From positions 21,131-85,130 of the forward strand of contig CAMKLV010000001.1 in NCBI GenBank assembly GCA_946413695.1: DNA of 64,000 nt, read 5' to 3'. A program made the translations under genes and the position numbers. Source of the DNA: an uncultured Ruminococcus sp. GTDB lineage: Bacteria > Bacillota > Clostridia > Oscillospirales > Ruminococcaceae. Shown piece after piece: positions 15,647 to 24,827 of the stretch. The notes under the pieces were generated by a model. The model was not told where the DNA came from. It searched no databases and worked only from the letters and a program-made list of their open reading frames with translations. Every line of letters starts with the position of its first letter. Position 1 is the first letter of the stretch.

Positions 15647-17687
15647 ACAGCAGATGCGCGATTCCGACAAGTATCATGCAAAGCACAGTGCCGATCACGG
15701 TCGGCAGCAGGAATGCGGCAAATGTCCTGCGACGGCTGCGCGTCTCCTTGTAGACTGTCAGCAGTGTTGTCGCACAGGGAGAGTGAAACAGCGTGAAGAT
15801 CAGGAAACACGAAGCGGTCAGCAGCGTCCAGCCGTGCGCAGTCAGCAGCGTGTGCAGCGATTGCAGTGACTCGTAATCAGTCAGGGCTCCGGTGCCGAGA
15901 TAGGCTGTCAGCGAAACCGGCAGGACAATCTCATTCGCAGGCAGCCCGAGCAGAAATGCCAGCAGCATCACGCCATCCATCCCAATCAGACAGCCGAGCG
16001 GCTGCATGATATCTGCAAGCCTTTGCAGCAGCGTCTCACCGGAGAGACTGATATTTGCAAGAATCCAGATCAGCAGGCTGACCGGCGCCGCCGTCATGAC
16101 CGCTCTGCCGAGAACAAAGACCGTTCTGTCGAGCACAGAGCGCACGATCACATGCCCGATCTGCGGGCGTCGGTAAGGCGGCATCTCCAGCACAAACGAG
16201 GACGGCTCCCCGCGCAGAACTGTCCTTCCGAGCAGTGCGGATGCTGCAAACGTCACGCCGACACTGAACAGAATCAGTGCTGTCATCATGGCTGCCGCAC
16301 GGAAAGAGGAACGCATATCATCACCCGCAAAGAACACAGTCACAATCGCAAGCAGCGCCGGAAACCTGCCGTTGCAGGGGACAAGTGCATTCGTCAGAAT
16401 CGCGATCAGGCGCTCGCGTTTGCTCTGGATGATCCGGCATTCCGTGACACCGACCGCGTTGCACCCGAACCCCATTGTCATGGTCAGCGCCTGCTTGCCG
16501 CATGCCCTGCACTTTGCGCAGCAGGTATCGAGATTGAATGCGATTCGCGGCAGGAGCCCCGCATCCTCAAGCAGGGTAAACAGCGGAAAGAAGATCGCCA
16601 TCGGCGGCAGCATGACAGAAACCACCCAGCCGGTGCCGCGCAAAACACCGTCAATCAGGGAGCCGGAGAGCCACGGCGGCAGGTTCAGCAGATCCGAGGT
16701 CTGATGCAGGGAACTGCAAATCGCAGTAAACAATTCAAACAGCAGGGCAGAAGGATAGTTTGCGCCGACCATAGTCAGCCAGAAAACCGCAAGCAGCATC
16801 AGGAGCATGACCGGATACTTCCACGGCGCAGCGGTCAGCAGGCGGTCGAGCCGATTGTTCATTCTGCTTGCATAATCCGGAATCCTGATCGTCTCCGCAC
16901 AAATCGCACCCGCCTCGCGCAGCGCATCCTGATGTGTATACCCTTCGAAATCCCGATTCAGATCGGGGATGTGACTGACAGCATCAAGCAGGGATGTCAG
17001 AGTGCGTTTCTGCTTCGCACTGATGCCGATCACCGGAACATGCAGCCGATCTGAAATCCCCGCTAAATCCGGCTCAATCTGCTTTTTCTTCGCTTCATCC
17101 ATGAGATTCATGCAGAGAATGACATGCTCCTGCGCGGCAAGCAGCTCGATCGCGAGGGCAATACCCCGAACCGGACAGGTCGCATCGCAGACGCAGATCA
17201 CCAGATCATGCGGGATTTCGCGCAGCAGCCTGCCGGTCTCTGCTTCTTCAGCTGTCTCCGATCGAATGGCATATGTACCCGGCGTATCAATACAACGTAC
17301 ACGAGTACCGTCAGATATCATCCAGCCCGCAGCGCCGGAAACGGTCTTACCGCACCAGTTTCCGGTATGCTGATGCAAGCCGGTCAATGCATTGAAAACG
17401 GTACTTTTCCCGACATTCGGATTGCCTGCAAGCATGATCGTTTTTGTGTGCGTCAGCAGCCGGACAAAAATCCTTGCACAATCCTCCTTCCGGAGCGCCA
17501 GCGTGACACCGTGTATCTCAAACGCAACCGGAGAGCCGCCGCTGCCGAACAGCTTGACTTTCACTCTTGTTTCCGGTATGATACCGAGCTCAGCGAAACG
17601 GTTTATTTCGTCAGTCGATGCGTGTATTTCGGCTATCACTGCCGCTGCATCGGCAGGCAGCTCTGACAGCGGTACAAGATCATTCAA
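15645..17687 (-). CDS. feoB: Ferrous iron transporter FeoB with fused N-terminal FeoA domain
   Basis: The FeoA-like first ~75 aa (LSELP...VIAEI...RFAELGIIPETRVKV...GGSPVAFEIHGVTLALRKEDCARIFV) is followed by a G-domain (GNPNVGKSTVFNALTG) and a polytopic FeoB core. The start is TTG. Confidence 0.9.
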   Translation of the reverse strand: MNDLVPLSELPADAAAVIAEIHASTDEINRFAELGIIPETRVKVKLFGSGGSPVAFEIHGVTLALRKEDCARIFVRLLTHTKTIMLAGNPNVGKSTVFNALTGLHQHTGNWCGKTVSGAAGWMISDGTRVRCIDTPGTYAIRSETAEEAETGRLLREIPHDLVICVCDATCPVRGIALAIELLAAQEHVILCMNLMDEAKKKQIEPDLAGISDRLHVPVIGISAKQKRTLTSLLDAVSHIPDLNRDFEGYTHQDALREAGAICAETIRIPDYASRMNNRLDRLLTAAPWKYPVMLLMLLAVFWLTMVGANYPSALLFELFTAICSSLHQTSDLLNLPPWLSGSLIDGVLRGTGWVVSVMLPPMAIFFPLFTLLEDAGLLPRIAFNLDTCCAKCRACGKQALTMTMGFGCNAVGVTECRIIQSKRERLIAILTNALVPCNGRFPALLAIVTVFFAGDDMRSSFRAAAMMTALILFSVGVTFAASALLGRTVLRGEPSSFVLEMPPYRRPQIGHVIVRSVLDRTVFVLGRAVMTAAPVSLLIWILANISLSGETLLQRLADIMQPLGCLIGMDGVMLLAFLLGLPANEIVLPVSLTAYLGTGALTDYESLQSLHTLLTAHGWTLLTASCFLIFTLFHSPCATTLLTVYKETRSRRRTFAAFLLPTVIGTVLCMILVGIAHLL

Positions 17688-17731
17688 AAAATCACCCTTT
17701 CATATCCTGATGTTACCAGAATATGAAAGGG
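17685..17731 (-). terminator. Terminator/attenuator hairpin between nspC and feoAB
   Basis: On the minus strand, CCCUUUCAUAU-15 nt-AUAUGAAAGGG (11 bp) is followed by UGAUUUUUUG. The 3' arm contains the only SD-like sequence for feoAB, and the U-tract ends in its UUG start codon. Confidence 0.65.
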
Positions 17732-17749
17732 CGTTCTGTTTGGTGCATA

Positions 17750-18871
17750 TCAAAAGCGGTTTTTGAAATCGCTGAAGCCGAAGTTCCGCAGAATCTTGCA
17801 GTTGCCGTCTGTCTCGCGGACAGCGACCGCAGGCATCGGCATACCGGTGTACATTTTCGCCTTTGTCAGCGTGTTGATCGCCATGTCAGAAAAGACCAGC
17901 CGTTCCCCGATCTGCAGCGGATGATCGAATGAATAGTCGCCGAAGATATCCTCCGGCAGGCAGCTTCTTCCGCCGAGGCGGTAGGTATAGGGGAGTACCG
18001 AGGGCTTATCTGCACCGACGAGCGGCGGACGATACCGCAGTTCCGTGATATCCGGCGCATGACAAACCGCAGAGGAATCCAGAATCGCGATCGGCATCTC
18101 ATTCTGCACGATATCGACAACAGATGTTACGAAATACCCAACCTCCCAGACAACCGCCTCACCCGGCTCAATATAAACTTTGAGACCGTATTTGCGCTGC
18201 AGCATCGCGACGGTTTCCTCGAACTTCTCCATCTGATAGCCTTCACGGGTCAGGTGATGACCGCCGCCGAGATTGATCCATTCCATTTCCGGCAGCAGCG
18301 CACCGAACTTTTCAATCACTGCATCGACCAGCCGCACAAGCGCATCAGAATTCTGCTCAAACAGCGCATGCACATGCAGACCGTTGATCATGCGGCGCTG
18401 TGTCATCGGGAATTCCGAAATCGTCGTACCGAGTCGGGAAAACCGCGCGCACGGATCAAATTCATCAAGCTGCTGGGAAAGATACTCCGGATTCACACGG
18501 AGACCGACCGATACATTATGTGTTTTTGCAACCACGCCGTATTTCGCAAGCTGCGACGGCGAATTAAAGGTCATATGGTCACAGATTTCGACAAGCTGAT
18601 CGACCTCATCCGGCAGATAGGCGGTCTGGAACACATGATTTTCACCGTGAAAAAACAGATGCGAAAGCTGCGCTTCATATGCCGAGCAGGACGATACACC
18701 GTCCAGATAGCGAGAGATCATAGAGTAAAACGGAAATGACGAAAAGGCCTTCTGCGCATAGAGAATCCGGCAGCCGGAACGCTGCCGCAGCGCATCCAGC
18801 ATCATCAGATTCCCTTTCAGTTTTGCCTGATCAATCAGATAGCAAGGTGAGGGAAGGGCTGATTCGAGCAT
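17750..18871 (-). CDS. nspC: Carboxynorspermidine/carboxyspermidine decarboxylase
   Basis: The N-terminus SPCYLIDQAKLKGNLMMLDALRQRSGCRILYAQKAFS and the overall length (373 aa) match NspC-family PLP decarboxylases. RBS is AAGGGGTG. Confidence 0.8.
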   Translation of the reverse strand: MLESALPSPCYLIDQAKLKGNLMMLDALRQRSGCRILYAQKAFSSFPFYSMISRYLDGVSSCSAYEAQLSHLFFHGENHVFQTAYLPDEVDQLVEICDHMTFNSPSQLAKYGVVAKTHNVSVGLRVNPEYLSQQLDEFDPCARFSRLGTTISEFPMTQRRMINGLHVHALFEQNSDALVRLVDAVIEKFGALLPEMEWINLGGGHHLTREGYQMEKFEETVAMLQRKYGLKVYIEPGEAVVWEVGYFVTSVVDIVQNEMPIAILDSSAVCHAPDITELRYRPPLVGADKPSVLPYTYRLGGRSCLPEDIFGDYSFDHPLQIGERLVFSDMAINTLTKAKMYTGMPMPAVAVRETDGNCKILRNFGFSDFKNRF

Positions 18872-18996
18872 GTTTTCACCCCTTTGCGAATTATCTTTCT
18901 TCTGAGATTAAGTATATCATATTCTGCGCGATTTTGCAAGTATTTCGATTCACTTTCTGCAGCGGATGCAAAATACCGGAAAATCCGCATAAGCCC

Positions 18997-19025
18997 TTGC
19001 TTTTTCAGGAAAAATGTGATATAAT
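18997..19025 (+). promoter_or_regulatory. Sigma-A-type promoter (extended -10) upstream of the amidase gene
   Basis: TTGCTT (18997-19002), 17 nt, TGaTATAAT (-10 at 19020-19025). Confidence 0.55.
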
Positions 19026-19064
19026 AAAATAAATATGTAAAAATACAGAGGCAGGAGAGAAAGT

Positions 19065-19898
19065 ATGGCAAAACGAAGGAGAGTACGCTGGGATCGCGTG
19101 ATACTCGTGTTCGGTCCGCTGCTGCTGCTGATTCTGATTATTGCTTTCAGCTGTCATCACCGTGACGGCGAAACATCCGCAGATAATCCGGCAGTCACAG
19201 GCGTTGTGGTCGATTCGAGCGAACCGGCTGAACAGAATCCGAATGCTGTTCCAACGGCAACTGAAACAAAACCGCTCACGATCTGCATTGATGCCGGTCA
19301 CGGCGGCAATGACAGCGGCGCAACCGATAAACCCAATGACAAATCCAAAGATGAAACGAATAAGCGGCTTGAAAAAAACGATAATCTCAGGCTCGCACTG
19401 GCTGTCCGCGATGCGTTTCAAAAAAAATATCCGGATATCCGGATCATCATGACCAGAGAAACCGATGTCTATGTAGAACTGCAGGAACGCTGCGACATTG
19501 CAAACAATGCAAATGCTGATTTCTTTATTTCTCTGCACCGCAATATGGCTGAATCCGGCAAGGGTGTCGAGGTCTGGATCAACAACGAGTCAATGGGCGA
19601 TAATACAATGGACAAGCTCATGTCTGAATACATATTGGACTGGCTCGAACAGGTCGGCATTTCTGAACGCCGCGGCATCCATTACGGTTTCCGGGAAGGC
19701 GAAGGTAACTACGAAAGCAACAACTACTATGTCAACCGCTATACCAATATGCCGAGTATCCTGCTGGAGATGGGATTCATGACCTCCAAGGAGGACAACC
19801 GCAATTTTGATGATCATCTCGACGAATACGCAGATGCAATTGCAAGCGCAATGGTTGAGCTGCTCACAGATAAAGGCCTATATCCGGCACAAACGTAA
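19065..19898 (+). CDS. Membrane-anchored N-acetylmuramoyl-L-alanine amidase (Amidase_3 family)
   Basis: N-terminal TM helix (VILVFGPLLLLILIIAF), then ICIDAGHGGNDSGA...ADFFISLHRN...PSILLEMGFMTSKEDN, the Amidase_3 zinc-site pattern. Confidence 0.8.
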   Translation: MAKRRRVRWDRVILVFGPLLLLILIIAFSCHHRDGETSADNPAVTGVVVDSSEPAEQNPNAVPTATETKPLTICIDAGHGGNDSGATDKPNDKSKDETNKRLEKNDNLRLALAVRDAFQKKYPDIRIIMTRETDVYVELQERCDIANNANADFFISLHRNMAESGKGVEVWINNESMGDNTMDKLMSEYILDWLEQVGISERRGIHYGFREGEGNYESNNYYVNRYTNMPSILLEMGFMTSKEDNRNFDDHLDEYADAIASAMVELLTDKGLYPAQT

Positions 19899-19930
19899 CA
19901 AAACACGAAAAAGAAAAGAGGAACAAAACA

Positions 19931-21658
19931 TTGGAGACCGTCAGCTACACAGCACTGAAAAAGCTCGCAAAACAGGCCGCCGAAGCAAAGAAAAAGATCG
20001 CCGTCATCGGGGACTGTGCAACGCAGCAGTTTTCAACCGCACTGCGCGGCGAATCAATCCGCAGAGGATTTCCGATGAATGTCCTTGACGCGGACTATGA
20101 TCAGATGGAGGCACAGCTTCTTGATCCGAATTCCGAAGTCTATCAGTTCGAGCCGGATTATATCCTGCTGTTTGCATCGTTCGAGAAGCTGAAGAACCGG
20201 TTTTACGATACCGTGCCCGCAGCACGTACCGGCTTTGCACAGCATGAAATCGAACGATTCACCGGACTCTGGCAGGCGATTGCTGCAAACTCCAAGGCAA
20301 AAATCCTGATGTTCGATTTTCCGGAAACGGAGGACACTGTCTTTGGCAGTTATGCGCTGCGCACACCGGCATCCTTCGGATTTCAGGTCCGGAAGCTGAA
20401 TCTGCTGCTCTCAGAAGCAATTGCGGCAGATTTCCCGAATGTCTATCCGATTGCACTGAGCACTGTCCAGACAGCACTCGGGCGATCTGCATTCTTTGAG
20501 GACCGTACATGGTATCTGGCAAAAATGGCAGTCTGCACGGATGCACTTCCGGCTGTTGTTTCCAGAATCATGGATACTGTCACAGCACTGGCAGGTCAGG
20601 TCAAAAAGTGCGTGATCGTTGATCTCGATAATACGCTCTGGGGCGGTGTCATCGGCGATGACGGCATAGACGGCATTCAGCTCGGGGAGCTCGGTGACGG
20701 TCCTGCGTTTGCTGCGCTGCAGCGCTGGCTTCTCGAACTCAAACGCCGCGGCATCCTGCTCGCTGTCTGCAGCAAGAATAACGTTGATATCGCGCGCGAA
20801 CCCTTTGAAAAACATCCGGAGATGATTCTGCATCTCGACGATTTTGCAATGTTTGTCGCGAACTGGGAAAACAAAGCGCAAAACATCCAGAATATCCAGA
20901 AAACCCTGAATATCGGCATGGACAGCCTGGTATTCCTTGACGATAATCCGTTCGAGCGCAATCTTGTCCGCGAAATGCTGCCGGATGTTACCGTTCCGGA
21001 GCTGCCTGAGGATCCGGCATTCGTTCCGGCATATCTCGATTCGCTGCACCTGTTTGAAGCGGTCAGCTTTTCAGAGGAGGACGCTGCACGCACCGCGCAG
21101 TATCAGGCAGAAGCAAGCCGCACCGCTGCACAGGCATCGTTTGGCTCCTATGAGGACTACCTCAAAGCGCTCGACATGAAAGCCGAGGTTCTGCCGTTCG
21201 ATTCGTTCCACTATCCGCGCATCGCACAGCTGACACAGCGCTCCAATCAGTTCAATCTGCGGACGGTTCGCTATTCCGAGGCGGATATCGCTGCAATTGC
21301 ACAGGATCCGGAATATCTGACACGATACATGACGCTGTCGGATAAATTCGGTGAGCACGGACTGATCAGCGTTGTGATCTGCAAAAAACATGATGCAGAC
21401 ACACTTTTTGTGGATACATGGCTGATGAGCTGCCGTGTTCTGCGCCGCGGTGTTGAGGAGTGTCTGTTTGATGCAATTGTGAAAATGGCAGCAGATGCCG
21501 GTTTCAAGTATCTTTCTGCGGAGTATCTCCCGACCGCGAAAAACAAAATGGTCGAGCATTTTTATGAGACAATGGGCATGACGCCGCTCGGCGGCGGCAG
21601 ATATACACTTGAAATCGCCGCCTACCAAAATCATGTACACAATATTACGATTTTATAA
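19931..21658 (+). CDS. FkbH-like HAD-IIIC family protein with C-terminal GNAT-like domain
   Basis: VIVDLDNTLWGGVIGDDGIDGIQLG (HAD motif I), CSKN and FLDDNPFER. The C-terminal LSDKFGEHGLISVVI...DTWLMSCRVLRRGVEE is typical of FkbH-domain proteins. TTG start after AAGAGGAA. Confidence 0.7.
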   Translation: METVSYTALKKLAKQAAEAKKKIAVIGDCATQQFSTALRGESIRRGFPMNVLDADYDQMEAQLLDPNSEVYQFEPDYILLFASFEKLKNRFYDTVPAARTGFAQHEIERFTGLWQAIAANSKAKILMFDFPETEDTVFGSYALRTPASFGFQVRKLNLLLSEAIAADFPNVYPIALSTVQTALGRSAFFEDRTWYLAKMAVCTDALPAVVSRIMDTVTALAGQVKKCVIVDLDNTLWGGVIGDDGIDGIQLGELGDGPAFAALQRWLLELKRRGILLAVCSKNNVDIAREPFEKHPEMILHLDDFAMFVANWENKAQNIQNIQKTLNIGMDSLVFLDDNPFERNLVREMLPDVTVPELPEDPAFVPAYLDSLHLFEAVSFSEEDAARTAQYQAEASRTAAQASFGSYEDYLKALDMKAEVLPFDSFHYPRIAQLTQRSNQFNLRTVRYSEADIAAIAQDPEYLTRYMTLSDKFGEHGLISVVICKKHDADTLFVDTWLMSCRVLRRGVEECLFDAIVKMAADAGFKYLSAEYLPTAKNKMVEHFYETMGMTPLGGGRYTLEIAAYQNHVHNITIL

Positions 21659-21685
21659 GTTTTTCCGTAAAATCACAAAAAACGC

Positions 21686-21714
21686 TTGAAATAATCACAA
21701 AACTGTGGTATAAT
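21686..21714 (+). promoter_or_regulatory. Sigma-A-type promoter (extended -10) upstream of the acidic repeat protein gene
   Basis: TTGAAA (21686-21691), 17 nt, TGgTATAAT (-10 at 21709-21714). Confidence 0.55.
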
Positions 21715-21795
21715 AACAGCATCAGGATCGTTGCAGCCGCATGGGCAGCGATCAATCGGCATTTGCCGCAAAAAGCACCTTGCGGAGAAAGAGGA

Positions 21796-22182
21796 ATGAC
21801 TATGAAGAAAACTACTGCTCTTGCACTGTTCGCCGCCGCTGCAGCAGGTGCTGCCGCTGCATTCATGATCGCAAAACGCCGTCAGGATGAGGCAAGCTGC
21901 CGCTATGATGCAGATGAGTTCGATGATGACGATGATCTTTTCTGTGAAGACTGCGGAATTTGCGGTGAGGATGTGAAGGAAGCTGCTGAAGATCTTGCTG
22001 ATCAGGCAGAGGACGCAGCTGAGGATCTCGCTGACAAGGCAAAGGATGCTGCGGATGATCTCGCAGATACTGCTGAGGATGCTGTCGATTCTGCAAAGGA
22101 TGCAGCTGAGGACATTGCTGACAAAGTCGCAGATGCTGTTGATGATTTCGCAGATGACATCAAGGACAAGCTTGACAACTGA
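21796..22182 (+). CDS. Membrane-anchored acidic protein with 11-residue amphipathic repeats (YtxH/LEA-like)
   Basis: N-terminal hydrophobic helix (ALALFAAAAAGAAAAFMIA), a CEDCGICGED cysteine triad, then about six 11-mers of the type AAEDLADKAKD (nt 21982-22179). The product call is descriptive only. Confidence 0.5.
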   Translation: MTMKKTTALALFAAAAAGAAAAFMIAKRRQDEASCRYDADEFDDDDDLFCEDCGICGEDVKEAAEDLADQAEDAAEDLADKAKDAADDLADTAEDAVDSAKDAAEDIADKVADAVDDFADDIKDKLDN

Positions 22183-22268
22183 TCACGCGATCATCAGACC
22201 TGAATGCAAAACGGGATGTGTCAAAAACTGCGCATCCCGTTTTTTATGTGTAAGATTGGGGTAATTGT

Positions 22269-23111
22269 ATGCAAAAAATTCTCGGATATCTGCGCCGCGC
22301 CGTGCAGGAATTTGATCTGATTCAGAACGGTGACAGGATCGCCGTCGGCATTTCCGGCGGCAAGGACAGTCTGCTGCTCCTGAATGCGCTCCGTGATTTT
22401 CAGCGGTTCGGTCTGTTCGATTACACGATCGTCGGCATCACGCTGGATCCGCAGTTCGAGGGCGTACAGACAGACTATTCACCGGCGGTGGAATTCTGTG
22501 AAAAGCTCGGTGTCGAGTATCATGTGATCCGGACACAGATCGGACAGATCGTGTTCGATCACCGCAAAGAGACGCATCCATGCAGCCTTTGCGCGAAGAT
22601 GCGCCGCGGTGCGCTGCACGATCATGCAAAGGCACTCGGCTGCAACAAGCTGGCGCTTGGGCATCACAATGATGACGCAATCGAGACTTTTCTGATGAAT
22701 CTGTTTATCGAAGGCAGAATTGGCTGCTATGCCCCGAAATCTTATCTCTCGCGAAAGGATCTGACCTTGATCCGCCCCTTAAGCTTTGCGCCCGAAGCGG
22801 ATATCATTCACGCGGCGCGGCAGAACATCCCGCAGATTGTGAAATCGCGCTGTCCCGTTGACGGACACACATCCCGCGAGATGATGAAAAACTTTATCCG
22901 CGAGCAGGAGCGTATGCACTCCGGCTTTAAAACGCGCGTGTTCGGTGCCATGCGGCGCGCAAATGTAGACGGCTGGGGCGGTAAGACCTATGTTCGCGAT
23001 CTTTCGATGGATAACCCCGAAACAAACGGAAAACCCGAGCGTTTTCATATGCTTGAAGCTGAAATTGCAAGACGGCTCAAGGAGGGACAATATGCGGATC
23101 TTGGGAATTGA
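22269..23111 (+). CDS. ttcA: TtcA-family PP-loop ATPase (tRNA 2-thiocytidine biosynthesis-like)
   Basis: SGGKDS PP-loop, CSLCAKMRRG and LALGHHNDDAIETFLMNLF are TtcA-family signatures. Confidence 0.7.
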   Translation: MQKILGYLRRAVQEFDLIQNGDRIAVGISGGKDSLLLLNALRDFQRFGLFDYTIVGITLDPQFEGVQTDYSPAVEFCEKLGVEYHVIRTQIGQIVFDHRKETHPCSLCAKMRRGALHDHAKALGCNKLALGHHNDDAIETFLMNLFIEGRIGCYAPKSYLSRKDLTLIRPLSFAPEADIIHAARQNIPQIVKSRCPVDGHTSREMMKNFIREQERMHSGFKTRVFGAMRRANVDGWGGKTYVRDLSMDNPETNGKPERFHMLEAEIARRLKEGQYADLGN

Positions 23112-24108
23112 GAGCTCCTGCGACGAAACGGCAGCTGCAATCGTTGAGGACGGTCGCACGATTCTCTCGAATGTTATCGCGTCTCAGGCGGATGAGCACC
23201 GTCTCTACGGCGGCGTTGTACCGGAGCTCGCCTCGCGCAGACACTGCGAGAATATTCTGCCGGTTGTCCGGCAGGCGCTTGCAGATGCGAATATGACCAT
23301 TGATGATGTCGATGCCATCGCTGTGACCTATGCGCCCGGTCTGATCGGCGCGCTGCTTGTCGGCGTGAGCTTTGCAAAAGGGCTTGCCATGATGGCGAAC
23401 AAGCCGCTGATTCCGGTGCATCACACCGAAGGACATGCCGCGGCAAATTATCTGGTGCATCCCGATCTGAAACCGCCGTATCTCGGACTGATCGTCAGCG
23501 GCGGACACACCCGTATTGCCGAGGTGCTCGACTACACAACCTTCCGGACGGTCGGCAAAACGCGGGATGATGCGGCAGGGGAATGCTTTGATAAGTGTGC
23601 CCGGGCAATGGGATTTCCGTATCCGGGCGGCGTGCATATCGATCAGGCTGCACAAAAGGGCAATGCATCCGCATTCAAGCTGCCCAGAACTAAAATGGAC
23701 GGCAATCCCTATGATTTCAGCTTTTCCGGTCTCAAGACCTATATCGTCAATATGCTGCATCACGCAGAGCAGGTGGGCGAGACTGTCAATACCGATGACC
23801 TTTCCGCTGCGCTGCAAAAGGCAATTGCGGCTACTGTCACGGAGAAAACAATCGCAGCCGCCAAGGAGCTCGGATATACGAATATTGCGCTATCCGGCGG
23901 CGTTTCGGCAAACTCCGGTGTTCGCAATACACTGGCTGCTGCATGTGAAAAGAACGGATTTACACTCTGTATGCCGCCGCTTGCACTCTGCGGAGACAAT
24001 GCTGCTATGATTGCAGCACAGGGATATTATAACTATCTTGCAGGCATCACCGCGGATGAAACGCTGAACGCAGTCGCCTCAAAGGAACTGCGCGGAGAAT
24101 CCGCATGA
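23092..24108 (+). CDS. tsaD: tRNA N6-adenosine threonylcarbamoyltransferase
   Basis: MRILGIESSCDETAAAIV..., HHTEGH, GGHT and a SGGVSAN-type C-terminus. Start trimmed to the ATG after GGAGGG. Overlaps the ttcA-like 3' end by 20 nt. Confidence 0.92.
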   Translation: MRILGIESSCDETAAAIVEDGRTILSNVIASQADEHRLYGGVVPELASRRHCENILPVVRQALADANMTIDDVDAIAVTYAPGLIGALLVGVSFAKGLAMMANKPLIPVHHTEGHAAANYLVHPDLKPPYLGLIVSGGHTRIAEVLDYTTFRTVGKTRDDAAGECFDKCARAMGFPYPGGVHIDQAAQKGNASAFKLPRTKMDGNPYDFSFSGLKTYIVNMLHHAEQVGETVNTDDLSAALQKAIAATVTEKTIAAAKELGYTNIALSGGVSANSGVRNTLAAACEKNGFTLCMPPLALCGDNAAMIAAQGYYNYLAGITADETLNAVASKELRGESA

Positions 24109-24827
24109 GCCGCATATTCGAGGAACTCAAATCCGGATTGTATGTCTGCCGCAGTGATATTCACAGCTTCGGCACAGATGCATTTCTGCTGACCGGCTTT
24201 TGCGGATACCGTCAGCGCGATCTTGTCTGCGATCTCGGAACAGGCTGCGGAATCATCCCGCTGCTGATGCAGCGCAGCAAACCGCCGAAACAGATCTACG
24301 CAGTCGATATCCAGCCGGATGCAATCGAGCAGCTTCAACTCGGCATCGCGCACAGCACATGCTCGCCCGCCATCACGCCGGTCTGCTGTGATCTGCGCGA
24401 ACTGAAAGACATGCCGTTCGGACAGTTTGATCTTGTCACATGCAACCCGCCTTATAAAGCGAGCAATGCCGGTATTCTCTCCGATGATGCGCAAAAGCAG
24501 ATTGCCCGTCACGAGATTGCCGGCGACATATCAGATATCTGCGCGGCGGCATCAAGGCTGCTGAATTATCACGGCAGATTTTGTCTTTGCTGCCGTCCGG
24601 AGCGCCTTGCCGATATCATGTGCGCGATGCGTGCAAATCAGATTGAACCGAAGCGGCTGCGGCTGGTCTGCAAAACGCCGGAATCCGCACCGTGGCTGTT
24701 CCTGATTGAAGGCAAAAAATCAGCAAAGCCGTTCCTGCAAATCGAACCCACACTGTTTGTGCGCTCCGGCGACGGACTGACCGCGGAGGCTGCACAAATC
24801 TGCCATTTTGGAGACAAATATCTATGA
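24105..24827 (+). CDS. SAM-dependent methyltransferase, TrmN6/YabB-like (tRNA adenine-N6)
   Basis: DLGTGCGIIPLLM SAM-binding loop and a CNPPY catalytic motif. ATGA overlap with tsaD. Its position before rsmI mirrors B. subtilis yabB-yabC. Confidence 0.7.
   Translation: MSRIFEELKSGLYVCRSDIHSFGTDAFLLTGFCGYRQRDLVCDLGTGCGIIPLLMQRSKPPKQIYAVDIQPDAIEQLQLGIAHSTCSPAITPVCCDLRELKDMPFGQFDLVTCNPPYKASNAGILSDDAQKQIARHEIAGDISDICAAASRLLNYHGRFCLCCRPERLADIMCAMRANQIEPKRLRLVCKTPESAPWLFLIEGKKSAKPFLQIEPTLFVRSGDGLTAEAAQICHFGDKYL

Noticed and set aside
22990-23091. N-terminal extensions offered by the ORF track. Examples are tsaD from 22990, the RnfD-like gene from 6548, coaX-linked S component from 27127, ctp from 38511, pdaA-like from 4611, the malic enzyme from 57848, DUF218 from 58890 and the PBP from 61968.
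   Set aside because: In each case an internal ATG, TTG or GTG has a proper GGAGG-type RBS, and the protein family's N-terminus begins there. The upstream extension overlaps the neighbouring gene or promoter.
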